Of a DNA stretch of 64,000 nucleotides, positions 45,297-54,392 are shown piece by piece (within the stretch, counting starts at the first letter, position 1; each line of letters begins with the position of its first letter). The position numbers and the translations under genes are program-made. The stretch lies in contig JAQGON010000165.1 of the NCBI GenBank assembly GCA_028293565.1, forward strand, positions 1,011 to 65,010. Reading direction: 5' to 3'. The notes under the pieces were generated by a model, which worked only from the letters and a program-made list of their open reading frames with translations, was not told where the DNA came from and ran no database searches. Source of the stretch: Verrucomicrobiota bacterium. GTDB taxonomy: Bacteria > Verrucomicrobiota > Verrucomicrobiia > Opitutales > Opitutaceae.

Positions 45297-45499
45297 CTTT
45301 TTTTCACCGCGAAGGACGCGAGGAACGCGAAGGTCAATCCATGGGGATCGGGCACAGAACCGGTTTGGCCTTCGTGCTCCTGGTGACCTTCGTGGTAAAA
45401 ATCATCCGGGCGCTTTTTGTTTTACCACGAAGGACACGGAGGTCACTCTATCCGGTGGATCGGCCTTCGCGGTCCTCGCGCCCTTTGCGGTGAAAAAAA
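45297..45499. repeat. Nested palindromic element, family 2 ('FTAKDARNAKV' type)
   Basis: Outer inverted repeat 'tttttttcaccgcgaaggacgcgaggaacgcgaagg' and 'ccttcgcggtcctcgcgccctttgcggtgaaaaaaa'. Inner inverted repeat 'ccttcgtggtaaaa' and 'ttttaccacgaagg'. Shares arms with the 33-kb tandem units. Confidence 0.65.
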
Positions 45500-45594
45500 T
45501 TTCGCGAAGAAGCGTCCGTCGGTGACACCGAAGTGTTCAAGCGAGGCTCCCTGTTTTTGTTTTTGACCCCACGCAATCAAACCCAGCCCGCCTG

Positions 45595-46521
45595 TCAGAA
45601 AAGTTTCGCGGGATATTTTCCCTGCTTCACCAGCTCGGCGATCGCCGCGACCACGCGCGGTTTGTCCTCGCGGTAGGTCACGCCGAACCACGCGCCCGCG
45701 GTCGGGAGGACCTTCACCACCGCCTCCCGGCGCGCAATCATTTCGGAGACCGCGGCCGGCAGGTAGAACTCGGCCTTCGGATCGCTTCCGCGCGTCCGCA
45801 AAAACTCCTGGAGCTGGCGGTCCAGCCCGGCAAAGAGCGCAGGCGTGAACCCCCAGCAGTTCATCGAAACGGTTTCCTGCCCGGTAAAGGTGCGGCCGGG
45901 CCCCACGTCGCCGGCGAGGATGCCGGTGCGCTCCGTGATCGATTCCAGCAGCCCGCCCGCGCCGGTGACACATTGTCCGCGCGCGACGGCGCCGTGCTCG
46001 GAAAGCGTGTTGGCCAAGGTGAAGCCGACCATCGCGAACTGCGCCGCCATCGAGCGCGGCGCGCGGTGGCCCGACATCGGATCGAACCCGCGCGGGCTGG
46101 CCGAGGGACTCGTCAGGAATTTCGCCAGCTGCGCGAACGAATCGGCGCCGTAGAAATCGTCGGCATTGATGACCGCGAACGGTTCCCGCACGGCCTCGCG
46201 CGCGCACCAGACCGCATGGCCGGTCCCGAGCGGCTTTTCCCTTCCGGGCGGCACGCCCAGCCCCGCCGGCAGCGCGTCGAGCGACTGGTAAACATAGCCG
46301 ACCGGGACTTTGGCGGCGTACTTCGCGGCGACCTGCTCCCGGAACAGCGCCTCAAAATCCCGGCGGATCACAAACACGACGCGTCCAAATCCGGCGCGCT
46401 GCGCATCGAACACCGCGTAATCGAGCACGGTTTCGCCCGAGGGGCCGACGGGGTCGATCTGTTTGAGCCCGCCGTAGCGCGAGCCCATTCCGGCCGCGAG
46501 AACAAGAAGCGTCGGTTGCAT
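45595..46521 (-). CDS. Sugar-phosphate nucleotidyltransferase (NTP_transferase fold)
   Basis: 'LLVLAAGMGSRYGGLKQIDPVGP' G-x-G-x-R-(x)n-K signature, 'GTGHAVWCA', 'VINADDFYG'. ATG at 46521. Confidence 0.8.
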   Translation of the reverse strand: MQPTLLVLAAGMGSRYGGLKQIDPVGPSGETVLDYAVFDAQRAGFGRVVFVIRRDFEALFREQVAAKYAAKVPVGYVYQSLDALPAGLGVPPGREKPLGTGHAVWCAREAVREPFAVINADDFYGADSFAQLAKFLTSPSASPRGFDPMSGHRAPRSMAAQFAMVGFTLANTLSEHGAVARGQCVTGAGGLLESITERTGILAGDVGPGRTFTGQETVSMNCWGFTPALFAGLDRQLQEFLRTRGSDPKAEFYLPAAVSEMIARREAVVKVLPTAGAWFGVTYREDKPRVVAAIAELVKQGKYPAKLF

Positions 46522-46567
46522 CCCCGCCGAGCAGAAATGATCACGTCCGCCGGCGCAATCCCCTGAG

Positions 46568-46767
46568 TGGCACGGGTCTCCGACCCGTGAAGGGGGGTTC
46601 GAGCGAAACGGTGAACGTCTTTTTCGCGGACGGGCTCCGTCATACAGGCGCTTCGCCACGGGGGTGCTCCGCGACAGGCACCCTCACTCGTGAATGTCGG
46701 GTCGAGCGAAACGGTGGACGTCTTTTCGCGGACGGGCTCCGCCTCACGGGTCGGAGACCCGTGCCAC
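46568..46767. repeat. Hairpin-ended element (family 1 termini) with an internal ~45-nt direct repeat
   Basis: Termini 'gtggcacgggtctccgacccgtga' and 'tcacgggtcggagacccgtgccac'. Internal 'ttcgagcgaaacggtg.acgtctttt.cgcggacgggctccg' occurs twice. Confidence 0.7.
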
Positions 46768-46768
46768 G

Positions 46769-46795
46769 AAAAAGGCGGGGGCTTTCGCCCCCGCC
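46769..46795 (-). terminator. Rho-independent terminator of the TonB-dependent receptor gene
   Basis: On the minus strand: GGCGGGGGC-GAAA-GCCCCCGCC followed by TTTTT, 22 nt after the stop at 46817. Confidence 0.7.
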
Positions 46796-46816
46796 GATCC
46801 TCAACCTGACAAAATC

Positions 46817-49800
46817 CTAGAATCTCAACGTCGTCGTCAGCGACCAGTTCGTCGTCGGCGCCAGGATTCCGCTCGTGCCGCCGTCGATGTATTTCTTGTC
46901 GAAAATATTATCGACGACCAGCTGGGTGATCACCTTGTAGCCCGAGATCTCGAAGGGATACGCCAGGTTGCCGTTGAAGACCACGAAGTTGCCAGCCGTG
47001 AGGCCGCCGAGGTCGGGGTTCCAGTCGACACTCCGCGAGATGTTGGTCTCGGAGGAGTAGCGTCCGCCGAAACCGATCGAGAGGCCGCGGAGGAAGGTGT
47101 CGGTCAGGGTGTATTTCCCGAAGAAATTCACCCGGTATTCCGGCACGTTCTCGATGCGGTTGTTGAAATAAATATCATGGTTGATATTCGTCGCCGCCAC
47201 CGAGGGATCCGAGATCGTCTTGGCCGTCCAGTACCACGACGCGTTGGCGAGGAGCTGGAAGTTCCGCATCGGCGTCCAGATCGTCTCGGCCTCCGTGCCC
47301 TCGACGCGGTTGTGCGCCACCGAGCGCCAGCGCAAGGTGCGCGAGCCCGCCGCGACGCCCGCGAGGTTGCCGTAGTTGAACGGCTCCGTCGCCTGATGCT
47401 GGAAGTCCTCGACGAGCTGGTTGTTCCGGTCGGCCCGGAAGAGCGAGAAGGTCGCCACCAGGCGATCGTCCCAGAGGGCGAGCTTGGCGCCGATCTCGAT
47501 GTTCTTGCCGACTTCATTCGGCGCCTGCGTGCCGGCGCCCTCGTGGTTCAGGGCCGCCAGCGCGTCCGCCACCGAGGTGATGGTGGTCGATCCGCCGTTG
47601 TAATACTTGTAGTTGAACGAGCCCCCGTTCGCCGCGAGCACGGTGTTCACGAGCGTCTGAAAGTTCGTGTCCGTCGCGTCGAGGTGGTAAAGGAAGCCGC
47701 CCAGCGGCGTGAGGCTGTTGAACCGGAAGGTCTGGCTGACCGACGTGTAGACGTTGATGCCCTTCTTCACTTCAAACGAGGCGCCACCCATGTAGGAGTT
47801 GCCCGTCTGGGTGAGGAAGTTGGTCGAGGCATAGCTGGGCGAATAGTTGTACGCGCCCGGCGGATAGGTCGTCTGGTCGGCGAACGCATACGGCGGCGGC
47901 GAGAACCAGGGGAAATTCGCCGTCAGCGCCTGGCCGGCCTGGCGGTACGTTTCCTGACGGAAGCCGCCGAGCAGCGTGAGCCGGTCGCTGAAGGCGCTGC
48001 CGCTGTAATTGACATACCAGGCGTTGTACTGCGCCGGATACCCGTCGATCGGATTGGACCAGCCCGGATTGAGCTTGTTTTCGTCCGGCTGGACCTGGAA
48101 TCCCGGATCCCAGTTCGCGTAGACCTGCTGCGCCGACAGGATGTTGCCGTTGCGATCCCGGATGTACTGCCCGACTGGCACCATGTTCGTCTCGTTGCCG
48201 GGAGTGAGGCTGGTGCCCGGATTGACCGCCGGATAGTTGTAGCCGGGGATCAGATGATAATCCGGCGTGCCCTGGTTCTGCAGCGTCAGATATTGCTGGC
48301 GGAGATTCTGCAGGAGGTAACCGACGAGGAGCTTGTTCTTGACGCCGAAGGCATCGAGCTTGAAGACCGCGTCGAGCTGGTGCGTGCGCGTCTTGCGGAA
48401 ATAGCCCGCGCCGTTGTAGCCGCTGGCGGCGTTGAACGTCGTGCCGTCGGCGTTGGGCACGTTGTTGCCCTCCTGGTCCGTGAACGTCGTGTTGTCCTGG
48501 GTCAGCGCATAACGCACCGAGAGCCATTCGAACGGAGTCATGTCGACGCCGAACGTCGAGGTCGTCTGCTCGTTGTCGTCGAACGACCCGCGGTTCATGT
48601 AATTGAACCCTTCGTCATGGATCCGGTTTCCGTTCTTGTCCGTGTAATACGCGCCGCGCTGGATCGACGTGTAGGTCGGGAGATAATTGTTCCCGGCCGA
48701 TTTGCGGAGGTCCGCCTGGTAGTTGGCGACGGACGTCTGGATGCGCGTGCGGTAGGCGGCCACCGACGCGGGATTGGCCGGGTCGAGACCCGCGGCCGTC
48801 ATGAGCGCGGCGCTCGGCGATTGATAGGCGGCGAACCAGCCGGAGGGATAGATCCAGTCGCCGAGATTCTCGTTGTACTTCTCCTTCAGGTAAATCGTGT
48901 TGGCGGTGATCTTCAGCTTTCCGTTGGCGAACGGGTCCAGCACGATCGAGGGCGTGAAGTCGAAGCGCTTGGTGAACTCAAAGGCGCGGTCGCCCTTGCT
49001 GTTCTCCCAGCCGGTGACGACCCGCAGCGCCGCCTTGTCGGAGAGCACGTGGTTTTCGTCGATCAGCCCGCGGTTCGTGTTGTCGGAACCGAAGGTGTAG
49101 CTGATCTCGCTGGGGAGCTTGCCGAGGCTGGCGGTCTTCGTGACGAAGTTGATCACGCCGCCGGGATAGCCTTCGCCGAAGAAGACTGCGGCCGGGCCCT
49201 TGATGATTTCCACGCGGTCGGTGTTGTCGGCCTGGTACTTGGTGGAATACATCAGCAGGCCGTCGCGCAGGATGATGTTCACCGGGAAGCCGCGGATGGT
49301 GAAGGTGCCCTGCGGAGTGGCGTTGTTGGACGGCCGGTTCGTGTTGAACTTCGGATCGCCGGAAGTGCCGGGCGTGAAGCCCAGGATGTCCGTGAGGCTG
49401 CGCATCCCGGTGTCACGGATGAAGTCGGAGCTCACCACTGAAACGGCCATCGGGATTTTCTGGATCTCCATGCCGATCCGGGTGGCGGTCGCCGAGTTGG
49501 TCCGGAGGTAGCCGTTGTCCCGCTCGCTCACGACCTGGAACGGGGACAGGGCTTCGACCCCGGCGTCCGTCGGCAGCGCATTCGCCGCCGGTGCGGGCGC
49601 GGGCGCCGCCACGGGAACAACCGTGGGCGTCGCCGGCGCGTTGGAACCTTCGTAGTGCGAGAGTCGCTCGCGCAGGGCGGCAACCTCGTCATGGAGTTTC
49701 TGGATTTCCTCCGCGGTTTCCGCGCGAAGGGTTGGGACAGAGACCGCGGCCATGGCCGCGAGGCACGCCATCAGCCGCGCGCCCGTCTGGAGTCTTGGGT

Positions 49801-49819
49801 AACTGGAATCGGATTTCAT
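46817..49819 (-). CDS. TonB-dependent outer-membrane receptor
   Basis: Signal peptide, plug 'LSPFQVVSERDNGYLRTNSATATRIGMEIQKIPMAVSVVS', large barrel and a terminal '...TTTLRF'. ATG at 49819. Confidence 0.9.
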   Translation of the reverse strand: MKSDSSYPRLQTGARLMACLAAMAAVSVPTLRAETAEEIQKLHDEVAALRERLSHYEGSNAPATPTVVPVAAPAPAPAANALPTDAGVEALSPFQVVSERDNGYLRTNSATATRIGMEIQKIPMAVSVVSSDFIRDTGMRSLTDILGFTPGTSGDPKFNTNRPSNNATPQGTFTIRGFPVNIILRDGLLMYSTKYQADNTDRVEIIKGPAAVFFGEGYPGGVINFVTKTASLGKLPSEISYTFGSDNTNRGLIDENHVLSDKAALRVVTGWENSKGDRAFEFTKRFDFTPSIVLDPFANGKLKITANTIYLKEKYNENLGDWIYPSGWFAAYQSPSAALMTAAGLDPANPASVAAYRTRIQTSVANYQADLRKSAGNNYLPTYTSIQRGAYYTDKNGNRIHDEGFNYMNRGSFDDNEQTTSTFGVDMTPFEWLSVRYALTQDNTTFTDQEGNNVPNADGTTFNAASGYNGAGYFRKTRTHQLDAVFKLDAFGVKNKLLVGYLLQNLRQQYLTLQNQGTPDYHLIPGYNYPAVNPGTSLTPGNETNMVPVGQYIRDRNGNILSAQQVYANWDPGFQVQPDENKLNPGWSNPIDGYPAQYNAWYVNYSGSAFSDRLTLLGGFRQETYRQAGQALTANFPWFSPPPYAFADQTTYPPGAYNYSPSYASTNFLTQTGNSYMGGASFEVKKGINVYTSVSQTFRFNSLTPLGGFLYHLDATDTNFQTLVNTVLAANGGSFNYKYYNGGSTTITSVADALAALNHEGAGTQAPNEVGKNIEIGAKLALWDDRLVATFSLFRADRNNQLVEDFQHQATEPFNYGNLAGVAAGSRTLRWRSVAHNRVEGTEAETIWTPMRNFQLLANASWYWTAKTISDPSVAATNINHDIYFNNRIENVPEYRVNFFGKYTLTDTFLRGLSIGFGGRYSSETNISRSVDWNPDLGGLTAGNFVVFNGNLAYPFEISGYKVITQLVVDNIFDKKYIDGGTSGILAPTTNWSLTTTLRF

Positions 49820-50136
49820 ATCGGTACTTGGTTTTTGGTTTCCGACCCGGCGAAAAACCGGGCCAAAGGGATCACAGCGCCGCCCGCCGCCCACTCGCGC
49901 CCGCCCGGCGGACCTCGGTCCCACCGGCCGCCGAAAGGACCCTGCGCCCGCCGTCCAGGAGATTCAGGAACAAACCACCCCCCGGTGGCCTCCATCCGGC
50001 GAAATCAGGAACCGGATGAATGAGCCCTGAAGACTGAGGAACGACGGACGCAGGGAAATTTTTGCAAGGGGTCGAGGTAATGCCCCGACTATGAGGCAAC
50101 GCGGTGCCACCCGATAGTGGGCACCTGTACCCAACT

Positions 50137-50949
50137 CTAAGTACAACTCGCGGGAACAAGCGGTTTCTCCGCCGCCGGAGCCGGCAGCGGCTCAAGGCCC
50201 GCGCCGAACGCGGCGCCGCCATGGACCCTGGGAATCACGCCGTGATGGCCGATCCGCACGACGCCCAGGCGCACCGCTTCGCGGACGAGCTTGGCGCTCG
50301 TCGAGATTCCGAGCTTCCGCATGATGTTGCGCCGATGGGTCTGCACCGTGGACGCCGACAGCCCGAGACGCCCGGCCCCTTCCTCGTTGTCGCTGCCGTC
50401 CCCGATCACGCTCAGCACATGGATCTCCGCCGCGGTCAGACGCCGGCTGAGCGCCGTTTCCGGCGGACGATCCAGGAGCTCGGGCCGCAGCCCCGCGCTG
50501 ATGTAGCCTCGTCCTTCGGCGACGGCCCGCAGCGCCCGGCTCATCGCCTCGAGGCCCTCGGACGAGGCGTCGATGAATCCGTCAAACCGCGCCGTGCGCA
50601 GGACCAGCAGCGAATATTCGTCGCGGCGCGGCGAGTCGACGAGCACCCGCCGGGCCAGCCGCTCGTGCGCGATCGGCTCGAGCAGATCGAGTCCGTCGAC
50701 ATCGGGAAACGCCAAGCCCATCACCAGCAGGTCCGCCGGCTCGGCCCGCAAGGCGCTCAATGCCTCCCCGCCGCGGCCGTAAACCTCGACCGTCGCCTCC
50801 GTGAAGACCTGCTGGCACACCACCCCGAGCGCCTCCGCATACAGTTTCATCGGCTTGGCGATGACCACCCGGCGCACCGGATCGTGGGCGCGAGGACTTG
50901 GCGGAGCGAAGGGAGAATCGGAAAGCGGACGCAGCGGCGGAGAGTCCAT
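50137..50949 (-). CDS. LuxR/FixJ-type regulator with a degenerate (pseudo-)receiver domain
   Basis: C-terminal HTH 'LTAAEIHVLSVIGDGSDNEEGAGRLGLSASTVQTHRRNIMRKLG'. The receiver-like N-terminus lacks the acidic pocket: 'VVIAKPM' in place of DD, 'LLVMGLAFPDVDG' in place of the phospho-Asp. Confidence 0.78.
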   Translation of the reverse strand: MDSPPLRPLSDSPFAPPSPRAHDPVRRVVIAKPMKLYAEALGVVCQQVFTEATVEVYGRGGEALSALRAEPADLLVMGLAFPDVDGLDLLEPIAHERLARRVLVDSPRRDEYSLLVLRTARFDGFIDASSEGLEAMSRALRAVAEGRGYISAGLRPELLDRPPETALSRRLTAAEIHVLSVIGDGSDNEEGAGRLGLSASTVQTHRRNIMRKLGISTSAKLVREAVRLGVVRIGHHGVIPRVHGGAAFGAGLEPLPAPAAEKPLVPASCT

Positions 50950-51161
50950 GTGAGACAGCTGGGCGGTGGAAGAGATTCGCACCGCGAGGGTTCCCGCAGC
51001 GCTTGAGGCCGTGTGACGGCGCGCCGCCACTTCGGTTTCATCCCGGCTTACCTAATAATTTCCAAAAAACTCCGGCACAAACGGACATTTTCGAAACCCA
51101 CCCTCAACGCCGCTTGGGAAATAATTGCAGCCCGGGCGCCCGTCGCCGAGATTCCGGCGCG

Positions 51162-54100
51162 ATGCTGCCGCTCAACCCTCTCCTTCAGCTCACGCCCCTT
51201 CGCGTCCAGCGCGGCGTCCTCCGTCTTGTCGAGCTGATCTGGCATGATCCCCAGCCGATCCGCGTCGAAGCCGCCGCCGCGCGACGCGATCACGTCCCGC
51301 TCGCAGCCGCGCAAAAATTTCCCCGGCAGGTGCTGCGCGACGGCGAGCCCTGGGGCCGGCTCTATGACCAGCGCTGGTGCCGCCTGGCGATTCCTCCGCG
51401 GGGGAACCGCTGGCTCCGCTGGGACGAACAGGGCGAGGCCACGCTTTTCATCGACGGCGTGCCGTTCTACGGATTCGACGTGGCGCACCGCACGTGCGAG
51501 CTGCCCGCCGGGACGCGCGAGGCCTGGATCGAAAGCCTCTGCGTCCAGGCGGCGATCTGGCATCCCGACGCGAAGGGCCTGTCCGCGGAGGGAAACCTGT
51601 TCCGCGGCGCGCAGTTGCTGCGCCGCGACGACGAGGCCTGGGCGGCGTACCACGACCTGAACTGTCTCTACGAATGGATGCTCGAGCTGCGGATGCGGGA
51701 GCATCCGGGCGTCCCGCGCGACCTGCACAGCATGTCGCAGCAGCCTCCGCTCACGGACGTGTCGCCCCTGTACCGGCGCCTGCTCCGCGGACTCGATGCC
51801 GCGCTCGACGCCTTCGATGTTTCCGGCGTCTCCGCGCTGCGACGCGCGCTCGCCGGCGTCTACCGTGAAATGCGCGATGACCATCCGTTCAGCCGCGCGG
51901 TGCTCACCGGCCATTCCCATCTCGACCTGGTGTGGCTCTGGACCGAACAGGTCGGCGAGGGCAAGGCCGTGCACACGTTCGCCAACGTGAACCGGCTCAT
52001 GGCGCTCTATCCCGAATTCCGCTTCGCGTACTCGCAGCCCGCCAGCTACGAAGCGGTGCAGCGCCGGTCGCCGGAACTCCACCGCGCGGTGCGCGCCCGC
52101 CTGCGCTCGGGCCGGTGGGAGGCCACGGGCGGCATGTATGTCGAGAGCGACTCCCACGTCGCCTGCGGCGAGGGCCTGGCGCGGTCGTTCATCCTCGGGC
52201 AGGAATCGTTCGCGCGGCTCACGGGCCGCCGGTCGCGCTCCCTCTGGCTGCCGGACCTCTTCGGGTTCAGCGCGTGCCTGCCGCAGCTGATGCGCCTGAG
52301 CGGCGTCGATTATTTCTTCACGACCAAGACGACGTGGAACACCGTCAACCGCTTCCCCCACTCCAGCTTCGTGTGGCGCGGGCCGGGCGGACACGCGGTC
52401 GTCAGCCACGTGACGCAGGGCGTGCAGTTCAACAACACGGTGTCGGTCGAACAGCTCCGCGCCGCCTCGCACCAGCACCAGCAGGGCGACCTGCACCGCG
52501 AATTTCTCATGCCGAACGGCTGGGGCGACGGCGGCGGGGGACCCAGCGAGGAGATGTGCGAACGGGCGCGACGCCTTTCCCGCCTCCGCGGCCTCCCCGA
52601 GCTGGAATGGGGCCAGCCCGAGGCGTTCTTCGACCGCCTCGCGGCGAAGCGCGCGCAGCTTCCGGCCCTCGATGGCGAAATCTACCTCGAATACCACCGC
52701 GGCACGTTCACCACGCAGAGCCAGGTGAAGGCCCGCTTCCGCGCGCTCGAGCGCGCCCTGCAGCTGCGCGAGGCGGCGACGGTCGTCATGCGCGGCACGC
52801 CCGGCGACGATCTCGCGCACGCGTGGCGCCGCATGGTGTTCGCCCAGTTTCACGATTATATTCCCGGCAGCTCGATTCCGGAAGTGTACGTCACGGGACT
52901 GCCCGAACTCGCGAAGCTCGCTCAGGAGCAAACCGCCGCGGCGCTGGATTCCCTCGGCGCCCCTGCCGCCGCAGCGGGATCGCCGGCGGTGGAATGCCTC
53001 TTCAACCCTCTCCCGCTGAGCCGCCGCTGCGTCGTTGAAGGCCGCGCGTACGATTTGCCGCCCCTGGCCGGCGCGGCCCTCGCCGGAGCGTTCGTTGCGA
53101 CCGAGCCGGTGACGGTGAGATCGCGCACGCTGACGAATGGACGCGTGGAGGCGCGCGTCGACCGGAACGGATATCTTGCGTCGCTGAGCGTCGACGGGCG
53201 GCGGGTCGAGCTGGCGGACCGCGCGGGCGAACTGGTGGTTTATCCGGAGCAGCCGGCCAATTTCGGCCCGTGGGACATCGACCGGCACTCGCTTTCGCTC
53301 GGGGAACCGTTGCGCGGCGCGGCGAGGATCAGCGCCGGCTCCGCGGGAATTTCGGTGCGCCGCACTTTCGGCGCGCGGAGTTCGGCGACGGTGCGCTACT
53401 GGCTGCAGCCCGGCGAGGGCGTGCTTCGCTTGTCGGTCGCGCTCGACTGGCACGAGCCGGATGTGATGGTGAAGCTCCACTTTCCGACCAGTTACCGCGG
53501 ACGCGAGGTGCGCTGCGGAACGCCGTTCGGCAGCGTGCTGCGCCCGCAGCTCGCAACGTGCCGCGAGGCCGAGGCGATGTGGGAGTGGCCGATGAGCCGC
53601 TGGGCGACCGTGAGCGCGGATGCCGAACGCGCGGGGTTGTTCATCGTCACCGAGGCAAAGTACGGGCTGAACTGCCGCGACGGAAATCTCGGCCTGACCC
53701 TCATCCGCACGCAGAAGCACGTTGGATACGAAGACCACGCCCGCGCCTATCCCGCGGCGCTCAGCCGCCTGCCGAAACCCGGGACGGTGTTCACCGACCT
53801 CGGCGAGCACGCGATCGAGCTCGCGCTCGGTTTCTATGACGCCACCGCCCCCCGCGCGGAGCAGCCGGCGGCGCTCGCCGAGACGCTTTTCACGCCGCCG
53901 GTCGAATACCGCGGTCGTCCCGTGTCGTCGGCCTGGGAAGGGATCGAGGGCGGCGAAACCCTGGTCCCGCATTGGGCGCGGCCGATCGGCCGCAACCGCT
54001 GGGTGCTTCGGCTGCACGAAGTCAGCGGACAGCGTGGTTCCGCGCGAATCCGGATCGCGAAAGGCTGGACCGCCCGGAAGGTGAACCTCCTTGGAGAACC

Positions 54101-54176
54101 GCTCGGCGCCGCCATCCGCGGCGGAAACCTTTCGTACGACCCCTACGAAATCGTCAGCCTCGAGCTGCGCCACTAG
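51162..54176 (+). CDS. GH38 alpha-mannosidase
   Basis: 'LTGHSHLDLVWLWTEQ', 'RFAYSQPASYEAV', 'GRWEATGGMYVESD'. ATG at 51162. Confidence 0.88.
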   Translation: MLPLNPLLQLTPLRVQRGVLRLVELIWHDPQPIRVEAAAARRDHVPLAAAQKFPRQVLRDGEPWGRLYDQRWCRLAIPPRGNRWLRWDEQGEATLFIDGVPFYGFDVAHRTCELPAGTREAWIESLCVQAAIWHPDAKGLSAEGNLFRGAQLLRRDDEAWAAYHDLNCLYEWMLELRMREHPGVPRDLHSMSQQPPLTDVSPLYRRLLRGLDAALDAFDVSGVSALRRALAGVYREMRDDHPFSRAVLTGHSHLDLVWLWTEQVGEGKAVHTFANVNRLMALYPEFRFAYSQPASYEAVQRRSPELHRAVRARLRSGRWEATGGMYVESDSHVACGEGLARSFILGQESFARLTGRRSRSLWLPDLFGFSACLPQLMRLSGVDYFFTTKTTWNTVNRFPHSSFVWRGPGGHAVVSHVTQGVQFNNTVSVEQLRAASHQHQQGDLHREFLMPNGWGDGGGGPSEEMCERARRLSRLRGLPELEWGQPEAFFDRLAAKRAQLPALDGEIYLEYHRGTFTTQSQVKARFRALERALQLREAATVVMRGTPGDDLAHAWRRMVFAQFHDYIPGSSIPEVYVTGLPELAKLAQEQTAAALDSLGAPAAAAGSPAVECLFNPLPLSRRCVVEGRAYDLPPLAGAALAGAFVATEPVTVRSRTLTNGRVEARVDRNGYLASLSVDGRRVELADRAGELVVYPEQPANFGPWDIDRHSLSLGEPLRGAARISAGSAGISVRRTFGARSSATVRYWLQPGEGVLRLSVALDWHEPDVMVKLHFPTSYRGREVRCGTPFGSVLRPQLATCREAEAMWEWPMSRWATVSADAERAGLFIVTEAKYGLNCRDGNLGLTLIRTQKHVGYEDHARAYPAALSRLPKPGTVFTDLGEHAIELALGFYDATAPRAEQPAALAETLFTPPVEYRGRPVSSAWEGIEGGETLVPHWARPIGRNRWVLRLHEVSGQRGSARIRIAKGWTARKVNLLGEPLGAAIRGGNLSYDPYEIVSLELRH

Positions 54177-54187
54177 AGAGTGTGTCC

Positions 54188-54295
54188 GTGTAGCACGGGT
54201 CTCCGACCCGTTTGGGCGGACTCTGCCAACGGAGAACATCGAGCACACCCATTTAGCTCGAGTCCAGCTTCACGGGTCGGAGACCCGTGCTACAC
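54188..54295. repeat. MITE-like element, family 1, copy L
   Basis: Termini 'GTAGCACGGGTCTCCGACCCGT' and 'ACGGGTCGGAGACCCGTGCTAC'. The ~60-nt core is nearly identical to the reverse complement of the 62221-62330 core. Confidence 0.8.
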
Positions 54296-54392
54296 GAGGC
54301 GGACCCGCCGGATCTGAACGTTCATATCTTTTCTCTAGAGGCGCGCGAAAGGTTGCGCGTAATCTGACCGCGCGTTTTTTCGCACAAACTCC

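Noticed and set aside
46694-49441. 915-aa plus-strand ORF opposite the TonB-dependent receptor
   Set aside because: Shadow ORF, for the same reasoning. It also begins inside a repeat element.
49820-50136. Cobalamin riboswitch upstream of the TonB-dependent receptor
   Set aside because: I looked on the minus strand for the B12-box (AGYCMGgAgaCCkGCC-like) and the GGTGAAAATCC-type core and found neither. Only generic hairpins are present.
51048-54248. 1066-aa minus-strand ORF opposite the GH38 gene
   Set aside because: Shadow ORF. The plus strand carries diagnostic GH38 motifs, and the antisense translation is Arg/Ala-rich without motifs.
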